A stretch of 64,000 nt of DNA. Origin: Neophaeotheca triangularis. Lineage: Eukaryota. The notes under the pieces are model-generated. The model made no database searches. It saw nothing but the letters and a program-made list of their open reading frames with translations, and was not told the origin of the DNA. The stretch spans positions 186,001 to 250,000 of the forward strand of contig BAAIJX010000004.1 in assembly GCA_054600435.1 (NCBI GenBank), read 5' to 3'. Shown here piece after piece: positions 44,000 through 56,631 of this stretch. Made by a program: the position numbers and the translations under genes. Every line of letters starts with the position of its first letter. The first letter of the stretch is position 1.

Positions 44000-46900
44000 C
44001 TACTGGAAGATCATCTTCAATTCCTCACGCTTCCTTTCATTCTGCGCAAACTTCGACCGCCTCTCCATACTCATCGAGCCAATCTCCTTCTTCTTCTTCT
44101 GCAGCCTCAGCACTCCCTCCTCCACACTATCCTCCATGACATAACGCTTAATAACCACCGGCCGCTGCTGGCCAATGCGGTGCACGCGCTGGAAAGCTTG
44201 CTCCTCGGCACCGGGATTGTATTGAGGCTCGAGCATGTAAACTTTGTTCGCGGCTTCGAGGTTCAGACCCTGACCACCGGCTTTGATGGAGATGAGGAAG
44301 ATGCGCTTGCTGGGATCTTTGTTGAAACTAGCGACTTCCTCGCCGCGCTGTGTGGAGGACATCTTACCGTCGATGCGGCAGTACTGGATGCCTTCGAGCT
44401 TGAGCGCGTAGGCGACGAGATCGAGCATCTGCACCCAGCCCGAGAAGACGACCGAACGGATGGGAGCTTCGCCTTTCGGCAGCGCGGCAGACTCCTTGGC
44501 CGAGGCTTTGAGGTCTTTGATGAGCTGTTTGACTTTGCTGTGTGGACCGCTGTAGCTCTCGGGCGTCCATTTGATGTTCTTTTGTTTGAACTCCTCGGCA
44601 CGCTCGCGTTCGAGACGGGTACGCTTGAAACCTGAGGCGCACAGCTCCACCATACCGCAAAGACCGTAGGCGTTGCAGAATGGGCACTTGGCATAACCGT
44701 CCAGCGAGGCTTTGGTGGCCGCGGTGTAGTCTTTGGTGCAGTCGGGGCAAAGAAGGTCGACGCAGTTGGTGATAAAACCGACGGTAACGTCGCTGTCATC
44801 ATTGTCGTCGAGCTCCTCGGGCTCCTCGATGGTGCGGTTGCAAATTCTGCACCCGTTCTCCCCAGACTCCTCCATAGTAGCAAAGTGTTCGTAAGCAGCC
44901 CTCTCGCTGACGGTCTGCTGCCCGTCGGGCTGCTCATCTCCGAGATCAATGTCGACATCATCGTTGCCATCCTCCAAAGCCTGCATCTCCTTCTCCCCCA
45001 TCATCTCTCTACCATGATCGCATATCATGCGAAGCTGAAGAATGATCGTGAACATGTTCAAGAACTGCTTGCCGCCCACCTTCTGGCCATCCAAAATGGG
45101 ACGCAATTTGCTAGTCGTCTTGTCGAGTACCTTGCTGTAGAGTTGCCGCTCTTCGTCAGTGAAGGGGAGTCTGACGATTTCTTCGACGCAATCGGGCAAA
45201 GGTTGCTCCATCTTGTCCTTTGTACGTCGTAGCGTGATGGACTCGACCAGAAGCTGCAGGTTCTGGTAAGCCTTCTGCTCGCCAGCCTTGAGCTTGTTGT
45301 CGATGTAGGTTGTCCAGTTCCTCTGCTCATCGAATGGCTGAACACGAAGAAATCTTATCAAGGTGCCAAGATCTTCTAGCTTGTTCTGCGTAGGCGTACC
45401 CGTCACGGCCCAACGTCGCTGAGTAGAAAGTGCACAGCAGCTTTTGGCGAGAGCAGTTGTCGGATTACGGATCTCGTGAGCTTCATCCAGCACAACTCGG
45501 AACCACTCGACAGAGCCGAGTGTGTTGGATTCCTCACCCGAACGCCACTCTAACGAGACGAGGTTGTACGAAGTGATGACGACGTCAAACTTTCGCACCG
45601 AGTGAGGGTCCCTGTCTCGGCTGTTGCCGCGGTAGTCGAGGACTTTGAGTTTGCCACCGGTGTAGCGGTGAATCTGGTCTTTCCATACTTCGATGAGGGA
45701 GACTGGGCAGACTACCAGGGTTGCTCGGGTGGTGCACACTGTCTGCGCCATCATTGGAGAGGCTTTGCGGGTGCTGAATTTGACGGCATCGTCGAGAGAG
45801 TGGCACACTAGAGAGATGATACTCAAAGTCTTGCCCATGCCCATCTGATCGGCGAGGAGCCCACCGCGTGTTGCGGAGGGCTTGACGGGGATCTCCTGAG
45901 CGGTTATGGCGTTGATGTAGACATCCCCATGAGCCTTGTGGACGGGCTTCCACAGTGAGAAGTCAGAGAGACCATCAGCTCGCTTGAATGATTCGTGGCT
46001 TTGCTCGTGTTTAGTCATGTAGAAGAGTGCCTGCTTTTGGTGAGGAAAGAGCTTGCCGACTATCATGGGAGACGCATCAATCTCAGGCAGTGTCTCGTAC
46101 TGATCGAGGTTCTGGAAGATCGTATTCACATCGTGTTGCATCTGTTCTGCAGTGCGAGTGGTGTCTTGCGCTCGGGAAGTCGACGAAACAGAAGCAGAAG
46201 ACGGCATTGTAGCTTTGCGGGTGAACTGGGCGTCCCGTGGCCACTGCGGGTTGAGATACTCCATCGGCCCGAGGCTATAGCGTGGATCGATCAACACGAG
46301 CCCGAGCTCTTTCAGCCGTTTCCCGATGTTGGGTGCTCGGTCGCGCGGAGCGTCTAGCACTAGATGGAGTACCATCCTCTCACTCGTCGCCTGGCCGACG
46401 GCTTGGCCTGGCTTTCTCGGCCGGGCTGGAAGGAAAGTTTTGTAGTTGAATTGCATGATGTGCTGTCCTAGGAGCATCGGCAAGAAGGCCTGAACGTGGT
46501 GAAGCATGATTCTCGCAAATCTTTCCTTCATGCGATCAAGGACGTAGACGGTCTTGCCACCCGGGCTTTTCTTGTCGTGGAAGAGAGTGACCTGGGTGGG
46601 TTTCCAGTAGGCTTCCTTGCTTTTGTTGTCGGACTGCGCGGAGACGGAGGGGAGCTTGTGCGCGTTGGTCTGAAGCTCTACCATGCCCAGCACCACACGG
46701 GAGCTGCCTTGATTGGCCTTATTGTGGGTAATGGCAGCGTCGTCGAGGGCTACCGATCTGTTGTTGTCTCCAGTCAGGTCAACGACATCTGCAGCCTTGC
46801 TTTTCTGCTTCTTGACTTCCTGACTCAGTATGCCGCTGTTAGCAGCGCCACTGAACTTGGATTTTGGCTTCTGTTGCTCTTCAGCACCATCGACGTCGTC

Positions 46901-47773
46901 AATATTACGCTTCTTAATGGGGGCATCACTGCGAGCAGTGAGACCGTTCATGGTCTCGATCATACTACCCATTCCGGAAGATTGGGCCTCTGTGCCTTGT
47001 TGTTCGTCTTGAACGGGTGATGAAGTCGAAGGCTTTGAGGCGCCCTTTGGGTTGAGTAGTTTACTGGCGTCGAATGTAGGCTTGTGGGATGGAGTGCCGT
47101 GCATGTTGCTGTCCTTTTGGCCCTCGGCCGTGGGAGTGTCAGACATTGTACCGTCTGCTCGCTGTGACGAAGGTGTTGTTTTGCGTGTCTGCTTCGGACC
47201 TAGTTCTGTCAGTCTAAGAGCGAGAAAGGTATACACTAGCGCATACCCACGGACCGCCTTGCAGGCACTGAAGCAGCGGATCCAACGGTGGCTAATGTCA
47301 ATGATGGATTCGCATCAGTGAACGGGACATGTGAGCCGGACGAACAGCTGCTGGCGTAATAACCCCGCAAGACCGCTGTTTCTGGGGCGTGTTTGGCCCT
47401 CTTTGGCGAGTGATCAGGAGACAGTGCTAGCGGTAGTTGCGGTAGTAAAGCCTAGATGAACAGTACAGCCGTGCTTGATAGCCAAGTCCTGATGCTTTGA
47501 GCTTGAAAGCAAGATCGAAGGATTAGAGGAACGTAGTGGCCGTGGCCAGTATTAAAAGAAGCCGGGTAGCACTCGGAAGGTTGTCTCAAGCATGCCACCA
47601 GAAAACGTTGATGGGTAGAGGCCGAAAATCAGGAGAAAAGAGCGGGAGCGGATCAAGCTGGTGAGACACGCTCAAGACTTACCATAGTTGGGCGTCGGCT
47701 TCCTTTTCCCACCGGAAGCCTCCTTCTTCTGCTTCGCATATGCTCGAGGATCGAGCAGCATGGCTGGATTCAT
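44000..47773 (-). CDS. SNF2-family ATPase, RAD5/RAD16/HLTF-like, with RING-type insert
   Basis: GGLLADQMGMGKT, LDEAHEIRN, TGTPTQN, RING-like Cys cluster, AGGQGLNL, QRVHRIGQ. Proposed exon 1 47683-47773 (MNPAMLLDPRAYAKQ...) spliced via intron 47200-47682, phase 1. Confidence 0.88.
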
Positions 47774-48399
47774 TGTGTCGCGAAAAGCGTTGCGCGGCCA
47801 AAAGGCTACAGCGGGACAATGAATCACTCAAAACACACCCTGAGGCTCTCTTCCTTCACTTATTGGTTTACTCAATTGCAAGGTGTAATAGTGGCCTGCG
47901 GACTGTAAGTTCCGGTGGCGAAGACTAAACGACCGTCATCAAACGCCCAGAATACGCCGTGAATCCACAAACCGCCTAACGAAGGCTGATATATGCCGAT
48001 ACGAGCGGCAGCTGGCGTGAGAATCGAAGTGAAACAGACGGGATGCTGAGTAAAGTACCTGGTATTCTTCAGATAGACAAAGGGTGACGTTCAGGAGGGA
48101 GTGCCCTAGTGTCTCCCAAAAGGGCTTAGCTTGAGTTTTGGCCTCAGGCTCACAATCTTGCCAAGAAAGCGCGAGGGCAGCTTCGCGAGTCGCGCTGTCT
48201 GTTCGGACTTCACGACTTCAACATTGCAATGCGCCCATACCAATTCCATAGTACAATTACTTTGCGCCAACACGACTAACTGACTTGTCGCAAAGTATCG
48301 CTTCGACTCAACATCAAATACAACGCGCAGACCGTGCAATCCACCACAGCTTGCGCAAATCCCCGAATCCTACCGACCTGAAACATCGAACGCGCCAAT

Positions 48400-50548
48400 A
48401 TGGAGAGCGGATTCGCCAATGAGGATGCGCAAGCACCTACAAATGTCTCAGACGACCTCATAAATGCCGAAGCCGAAGCGCAGGAAGAGCAGCGAAAACA
48501 GGGGGAAGAGGAGCAGGGCGAAGCTGGGGACACGACAATGGGAGAAGATGCGCCGGTGGAGGATGGAACTGGTCAACAACAGGACATCAAAGCAGACACA
48601 GATAACGCTGCAGCACCTGCGTCAGACAACCCATTAGATGCTCCGGAGGGACCCCGACCAGAAAAGGCGGAGGAGGGGGAAGATGAAGAGATGCTGGATA
48701 CTGGTGGAGAGGCTCAGGAAACTAAGGAACCTACACCAGCTCCCAACCCTGATGTGGCTGCCGCGCCTGCACCAGAAGTCTCCAAGGCGGTTGTAGAGCA
48801 GTCTGCGCGTTCCCACCTGATCGAGCAAAAACACGCCATCATCCTCCCCTCCTACAGCGCTTGGTTTGACATGCACCACATCCACAACCTCGAAAAGAAA
48901 GCTCTGCCTGAGTACTTCAACAGCCGCAATCGCAGCAAAACACCCGCCGTCTACAAAGACTACCGCGACTTCATGGTGAACGCCTACAGACTGAATCCTG
49001 CGGAATACCTCACCGTTACGGCGTGCAGGAGAAACTTGGCTGGTGATGTTTGCGCGATCATGAGGGTGCATGCCTTCCTCGAGCAATGGGGTCTCATCAA
49101 CTACCAGGTATGATACACTTTCAATTCAGGCGGCAATTGCAAGCTAACTTTACGATCAGATTGACCCCGACACCCGCCCTTCCAACATTGGTCCTCCGTT
49201 CACTGGCCATTTCAGAATCACAGCAGACACTCCCCGTGGACTGCAACCCCATCAACCTGCGCCGAATAGCACCATCACAGCCGGTAAACAGCACACTGGC
49301 ACCGACCGCATAGCCTCCGCCGGCAAGGCCGATCTCAATCTCGAAGTACGACGGAACATCTACGACGACAAGGGCAAGGATATCACTCCAGCGGCGGAAG
49401 CGAATGGCGAAGCCACCAAATCCCTCGAGGAGAGTCTGAAGCAGCCTGGGAAGCAATACTTCTGTTACTCGTGCGGCAAAGACTGCACTCGTGTCCGTTA
49501 CCACAACTCGAAAAACCCAGCACCGAGCGCCGCTACCCCGAAACCGAGCAAAGACCAGCGATACGATTTGTGCCCGCTGTGCTTCCAAGAAGGCCGCTTT
49601 CCCGCTTCGACAAGCTCAGGCGACTACACCAAGCTCGAGAACGAAAATTACCGCAGCGCAGGCGACAAAGAGCATCCCTGGTCTGACTCTGAGCTTCTGC
49701 TACTCCTTGAAGGTTTGGAAATGTTCGACGATAACTGGGAATCCGTCGCAGACCACGTAGGTTCCCGCACAAGAGAAGAGTGCGTTCTCAAGTTCTTGCA
49801 ACTCGAAATCGAAGACAAATACCTCGAAGACTCCCCCTCAGCCAACGGCGCCACCACCAATGACACTTCTTACCTCTCCAACGGCCGCCTCCCCTTCAGC
49901 CAGTTCGACAATCCCGTCATGAGCGTCATGGGCTTCCTCGCCGGCCTCGCCGACCCCGCCACCACCGCCGCAGCAGCCGGAAGAAGCGTAGCAGAAATGC
50001 GCAAGACCCTCAAATCCCGTATCGAGGGCGAAGCCACCCCCGGCGCTGAGAAAGAAAAAGAAAAGGAAACCAAGCAAGAGCGCCCCGATGAGGCCATGCA
50101 GGATGTAGACGACACCACCTCGCTAGCCAACCGCTCTCCCCCGCCGCCTTCCACTTCCCACGACCTCCCCACCACCGCTCTCTCGCTCACCGCCGCCCGC
50201 TCCGCTGCCCTAGCTTCCCACACCGAGCGTCAGCTTTCTGCCCAAGTCTCCGCGGCCGTGAACATGCAACTTCAGAAGCTCGAGCTGAAAATGCAGCAGT
50301 TCGGGGAGATGGAAGCGCTGCTGCAGGCCGAAAGGAGGGAAGTCGAGAGGAGTCGGAAGGCTTTGTTCTTGGAGCGGTTGGAGTTTAGGAAGAGGGTAAG
50401 GGAGGTGGAGGGAAGGTTGAGTGGCATGAGTCTTGGTGCTGGTGGGGAGGGGGCTGAGAGGGAGAGGGCGAGCATGGTTTCCGCTGAGGCCAAGGGTGAG
50501 GTTGCGCCTGTTGGTGAGAGTGAAGGCGCCGTTAGGCATGAGATATGA
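48400..50548 (+). CDS. SWI/SNF-RSC chromatin remodelling subunit (Swi3/Rsc8/Ssr family; SWIRM, ZZ, SANT), 2 exons
   Basis: [39 protein letters not shown], intron 49108-49159, [27 protein letters not shown]-terminal coiled coil. Confidence 0.94.
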
Positions 50549-51443
50549 GTTTTGTTCGTGGGAACGCATGGGCGTATGGAGGTTTTTGGGTGGGTAATTG
50601 CTGCAGAGGTTCGCAACGATGTTGTTCAAGGGAGGTAAACTAGTTTTCCTGCGCTATAGCTGCTAGAAATGTAACATCATTCAGGCTGTCGGCCCCCGCT
50701 TTTTGTTTGACCTTAGGTGAGTAGAAAATCTTGGGCAATCTCACTCCGCGGCGCTTTCCAGGTAGGCACGACGGCTTGAAAGCCACCCGAGTTCTCGCTC
50801 TCATGTCGTGGAGGAGCGGCGAGCTATTCAAAGCGAGTACGGTTGGAACCAAGCATGCCAGCTTGAAGTGCATACTGATGTTTTGATAGTGCACGATACA
50901 GCCACACAGCAGAGCGAATACTATAAAGCGAGGCTCAAGCTTCGTGTACTCTGTGGCCGATCCCAGCCCAGCATGTATGCGCTTAGAGAAATACTTTTCC
51001 GAAGCAGTGAGTCGTGTGCAGTATCTCTAGCGCCATTGCTCTGGAAGCAAAAGAACTAGACTAGAAGAAAACAAGAACGTAAAACCGGATGTCTTCTACG
51101 GCTCGGAAACGCTTAACTCCAATGCTCTTTACCAAGATGATCCCTCCCGCGAATAACCAGCATAGAATTCGAACCCGGTCCATCAGAGTGCCGCGAACGT
51201 GGGTTGCCAACCGTTCGAAGAGACTGATGGTGTGCCCCTGGCCGCGTCAAACGATCGGCTCATGTCAAAAGCGGGTGCAGGCAAAGCCTCAGAGCGAGGC
51301 TTTTTCAGGGGAAATACCGCCGCAAAGCTCGTGATTGGTTAGATAGGCGCACAGCACGCTGCGCAACGCAGGCGCTCAAGCCGTTGTGAAAGATGCACGT
51401 AGTAGATCTATCTACCAAGCTAAGTCACTCGACTGTACAGATC

Positions 51444-53018
51444 TTATCGTTCTTTGACTCTTGAGTCTTGAGCGTTCTGCCTTTGTAGTCGAGTCTCTGT
51501 AACTGTGTCTTTCACCGCGTGGATAACGAAAAAAGCACCACCATGAAAAAACGCTGGGGTAGGTACCTTATCCCTGAAAGCAGTATTCCCGGTACTCAAC
51601 GCCGATCTTCCCGCATTCTCCCTCGAGCAGACTCCCATGAATAAAGCAAACCTGGGCATCGCTGAATGCAGTATTCTTAGTGCCCAGGGCCAATGACTTT
51701 GCACTGTCCATTTGCCAGGAAAAAGGAAATTGGAACTCTCTTCGAATGCCGCGTACCCAGTGCCCGACGCCAATCTCTCCGCATTTTCATCTTTCACACT
51801 CCAATCTGTTTTCGTCGTAGACTCGTAGTTGTCTGGCGCCACACCTTTGGCCATGTCGACCAAGTAGCAGTCACGTAGCGTCTCGCGTGCCTTTTTGGCT
51901 TGAGCCTGCGATCCGTACTCTTCGCGAAGGAGCCATCCGCCGGAGGTCATGTCGATGGGGAACTCTTTGTTCTCGGTCGCAATCTTGGCTCTGGCCTCGA
52001 CGTTGGGGATGGAGAAGTTGGCGACGTTGTAGTAGAGGTTGTAACCCACTGCGAACTGCTTTTGCAGCCTGTTCTCAGTGCTCCTCAAGCGCTTTGCATC
52101 CGTGAGCCCACCGCGCACAAAAAGCATGATTTTGGCCATGGTCTTGCGACGCCAGCCTCCCAGAAGAGCGCGCACGATGGATGCGGGCCTCAAAAAGTGT
52201 TGTGGCATCCAGATCAGGTTCTCGAGGATGGTGTATGGAACGCCGGGGGGAGACTGCACGAGGGAGGACACGGTAGTCTCCATAGAGCCACCGTAAACCT
52301 TAGCCTTGTTTTTTCCAGCTCTCACGGCCGCTTTCGCAGCTGCTACGGCTTGTTTCTCCGCTACAGTGATGGACATGCCGTGCTTCCACATCGAGAGCCT
52401 CTTCGCGCCATCTTCCTCATCCAGGGGGGTTACAGAAGTTGACGGGTCACCGGGTTGGTCGCTCGTGCCGCTGGGGAACGGGGAAGAAGCAGCGGGAGCG
52501 TTAGCTGTTGGGCGCGTGGAGGTGGAGCTGGGGTGGGCAGATATGGTCGGTGGGGTTGCTTCAACAGTAGTTGCGATGTTTCCCGAAATGGAGGATGAGA
52601 AGTCCGAGAGTCCCATGTTGAGCTCTTGAAAGGTAGCGTGCGGCGTTCTGAGAGCCTTCTCAACCTCATGATGGATGTCGAGACCGTTGATCATGTTGGA
52701 GTTGTACAGACAAATGTCATCCGGAATAGGGGCTTCGCAGCTTCCATGAGGGTTCTCCACATGCGCAGGATCTTGTAGCCCAAAGCTTGGCGGCAATAGG
52801 CCGTTTGAGAAGACTGCCTCAATTCTGATCGCGTGAAGAAGATCATCGTCCACAGGAGCTGTGGGGACGGGGAGTAGAACGTTGTAGAATGCATTTTCGG
52901 GGTCGTTCAGCGAAAGGTGATATGCCTAGAATTGTTTGTTCAGTATCATGAACGTGTGTCTTGCATGGTATCCTTAGCTCACCTCGTCGGGTGCGTCTAC
53001 CATGCTAACGTCTCCCAT
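51444..53018 (-). CDS. Uncharacterised family member A (paralog of 60319 and 63065 genes), C-terminus apparently replaced
   Basis: Exon 1 52983-53018 (MGDVSMVDAPDE), intron 52926-52982. Shares MW...EKQA...YGG, GGWRR, TENRLQKQF, WLLREEY, RDCYLVDMAKGV with the 60319 protein; similarity stops at ~51824. Confidence 0.7.
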
Positions 53019-56000
53019 AGTTGCGACTAAGTGGCCGCCTTGACGAATGCACTTGCCCAGAGGAGCAGGTAATGTTGTGCAATTGTTGAGAGGTACCTTA
53101 TTTAGTGTGAGACGCGGTGCGGGTATGTACCACGTTGTGTTGGTGGATTGAAAGGTCTGGTCGGCGAGGTCTTGGTAGTTTTGTAAAGGTGAAGTTGAAT
53201 TCGAGGGGCTGGGCTTCCTAAGGTCTTCGCTTCAAAAACAGTCCACGTGACAAACGCGACATTCCGCCGATAGCTTCGTAGCAAAAGTAGCGGTGAGCAA
53301 CAGAACTGCCCAACAGTCATCTTTGCAAGAACGTCCACCGCAACACAGTGTACTCGAGCTTTCAACGCTTCCCCCGCCGTACACACGTTATAACAGCGCG
53401 GGAGCTGTGCTGTGAGCCTGCAAGATGTCGAGGGCCTTCGGCTCAAAGCTTTGAGGACTATATTATAGCGGATGACAACGTATGTATACCGGACCAGCAT
53501 GGAAGGGACCAACAGTCAATGGTCTAGCGGTACGCAAGGTTGACTAGCAAGCTCGCTGCTAGGTTGCCAGGACAGAAGAGCCGGGTTCACGTTCTAGATA
53601 TGTTCATAGCCAGAGCGCGATAGCACTCAGATGAATTGAATTAGTTTGTCATAATAGTCAAAGGGCTGGACAAGGCGCAAGACAACCGCTCAGCAGGAAA
53701 TGCAAAGACCCAGGACAAACCGGCTTTGTCGCGGATAACCCAAGAAGAAACATAAGCATGACGGACTCAATACTGAGCGGTTTGCTGTCGACGATTCGCT
53801 GATAATCACGCAATCACGCCGTTGCACCAGCTGCACTTTGGGGTGTTGTAGTGTCGCCGGCCAGAACCACTGGATTGATACCGGGGCATAAAGAAGTCTG
53901 CTTAGTCTTTCAGCCGAATACTCGACCAAATCCGTTACTCATGATATTGTCCCCGTTGCGAGAGTTGATAATCATGTGCCGTTGCTCTGCGCAAGGGGCC
54001 GCTCACGGATGGCGTCTAAGGCACAGCAGAATGCTCGACGCTCTACTCTAGTCGAGAATTAAGTGGAAATCAATTTGCAGCGGAGGAAAAGGTGTGTGCC
54101 GCGCTGTGTGCCGCGCTCGGCAAATGTCTAGCGCAATTGATTCATCTCTATACAAATTTCCTATACGAGGGCAATGCAGTAGTCTTCCAGGCCACCTACT
54201 AATGCTCGACGCATTTGGAACGAGGTGTTGTTAAACCAAGCTTTTCCGGAAGCGGAAGTACATCACGGCATGTGGAGACGGCTTTCGACGGGGCATTGCT
54301 TCTACATTCCGATTCGTTGTGTGGAGACGGCTTTCAACCTCACCCCAATTCGGCTCTCCTATCATCATCTAGATTTTCTTTCTCCTCCTTCACAAAAAGA
54401 TAGCTGAGCGATCACAATTCGCCTCTTGGTAGCGACAGTGTGTTTTCGGGTATGCATGCTGGACAGACGGGCGCGTTACACTCAAAACTTAACCTGTCTT
54501 AAACCACGATCACCTCGAACGCTCAAGCGACATTACTCTATATTCCTGGATGCAAATGTGTGGCAGTCTGCAGGACCGTACGCTGACTTGGCTCTATTCA
54601 ACTTAATGTGCATTGCGTCGCCTGCTAGCACTGACATCTTGTGAGGCTTTAGGGACTAAGACTGTTCTTGTGAACTTTTGCAACAGCAAAATACAGTAAC
54701 GTTGTGCGTGCTATAGCGCCGACAATGAAGTCGCACGCCTTTCAAAGCTCTATCGCGTTTTATTGATCCCAACGGTCCCGCTTTTGCCTTTATATCCAAT
54801 ACTTCAATCTGTAAACCGACCGAGATCTTTGCCCCCTACGGCAAAAGAGGGGACTGTCTTGGGAAGCCTCACACTGGGCAAGCGAAGGTAGAAGATTCCT
54901 GCTTCCATGCCGACTCAGAGCTGCCACGGTCCCATAAAGACGAATCGTTCCAGACCCAACGAGTACCGGTCAAGCAGTACGACCCAGTGGTTGGCGCGAA
55001 AGCCCAATACGGTCGCCTGACTGCACCACGACTGTGGCGTGCCACTTGGTCTGTCGAGTCTATCGAACGCCCTTGCTTCTCAGTGGAGTGGTCTGTGTCG
55101 TGCGCTGAGAGTGTTTCTTTGGCTTTGCATGGTAGGTCACTCGGCTGCGTCGCGCCGTGAGCGGCCATCCAGGTCTGGCAGAGGCTTCGTCTGCAGGTGT
55201 CTGTACTGTTCTTTGAAGCGCCAACATGCCGGATAAAGTGTAAGACTTGGTCGACAACTGCAGTAGGGCTTGCGGTTTCGTTGATTCTTCGGATGTGCTG
55301 CATACTGAGTGTACTTCGAACTCTGGGCTGGTATCTCCATACACGGGTGTCACTTTGGCATTTGAGAAGTCCCTTTGAGCAGAGGTTCTGACATAATGAC
55401 CTGTAATACGGAACCTGTTGAATCTTTGTTGTGGCTGCGAATGGTCGAGTAATCATCTTTGTTCTTTGTGAGCTTTGTTGAAAAACCGCTTCCGTTTCAT
55501 CTACATTCCTCGAAATCAGACAAAGACTTTGTACCGATAGACTAATCTGCATCAAGTATTCGTTTACTTGGTAAAATTAGATCATTAGGAACCCATAGAT
55601 GGGTTATTGTTCCTCAACTCTATTAGATGTCCCAGTCTCACCTTTGCTAAAGTATGATCACATATCCTCAACTGCTGCTCCTAAAAGCCGTTGCATGTAC
55701 CTAAACCCAATTGTATACCTAGGAGAATGATCGCGAATCTCATACAGCGTATGCCCATAATGTGTATGCGTCGACCGTAAATGTGATGACAAGACGGTCT
55801 TCTCGCCAAACAGATCAGATTTACCACACACAGAGACACTCAGCGTGCTGCATCTCTGGAGGCTATTAAAATAAAAGGTAAAGATTCACGTCAGAAAAGA
55901 TTGTGCGATGGGCTTTGAAGGCGTTATTGGCCGCTTTGCTCCAAGTTTCAGCAGGGTCCTAGAGGCGTGTCCAAGTAATGTGTCTCGGGCGCGTTATTGC

Positions 56001-56198
56001 AATACTCTTGGGATTTTAAGCAGATGACAATGTTTGAGACAGTATGGCGCGTGTACTTCTCCTTCGGGTATACAAGACTACGAGCACAGTGCGCCTAGCC
56101 AATCGATAGTAGCTCTTTGTCTCTTCTCTCTGGCGCCGTTCTATAGAAGATCCTCTTTTGCATCTCACGGAACTTTAGCCACCCCTGGCGCCGTTCAA

Positions 56199-56460
56199 AT
56201 GTCTGCCACTACGACGACTGTTGCAGTTGTTACTAGCGCGTCACCACACGTTGCGACTATTGGTGCTGCTACTCAAGGGGAAACGGCTCAGTCTCTGCCA
56301 TCCCCCCTGCCCTTTTTCCTACGCCCGCAGCCCGACTATCGCTTGGATAAGCTGGCATCGTCAACAGAATCAACAACACCTCTCTCGTCATAGGCAAGAA
56401 CCAGACCGGGGGAACGGCACTCTAGGGCTTTCGCTTGTCGGCCAAGTTCCCGCGGAGGCG
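56199..56460 (+). pseudogene. Fragmentary pseudogene of the same family (member B, closest to the 57623 copy)
   Basis: Reads SLG*AGIVNRINNTSLVIGKNQTGGTAL/GLSLVGQVPAE versus ALGQGGWFTARVNNSASATSANQTGRGALYGQSIRGQVPGE in the 57623 ORF; stop at 56348-56350 plus a 1-nt deletion. Confidence 0.6.
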
Positions 56461-56575
56461 CTCTAGAACACCCTCGTCGTCGCCAGGCGTCGATGCAGAA
56501 AGGATTATCTGTGTGGGTTTTGAGGGTTGTGTGGAGAAATGCATTCGGTGCCAAACGGCGTACTTGCAAATTGTC

Positions 56576-56631
56576 GGCCATTAAGGGCTTTGGGCCATTA
56601 AGGGCTTTGGGCCATTATGGGCTTTGGGCCA
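56576..56631. repeat. 17-bp tandem repeat (GGCCATTAAGGGCTTTG) x about 3.3
   Basis: Read directly; third unit has one substitution. Confidence 0.9.

Noticed and set aside
54869..55555. 228-aa minus-strand ORF within the paralog array
   Set aside because: Non-ATG start, no family motifs, no coding-like composition.
56576..56631. Repeat array considered as CRISPR-like
   Set aside because: Head-to-tail units without spacers in a eukaryotic genome; a simple minisatellite.
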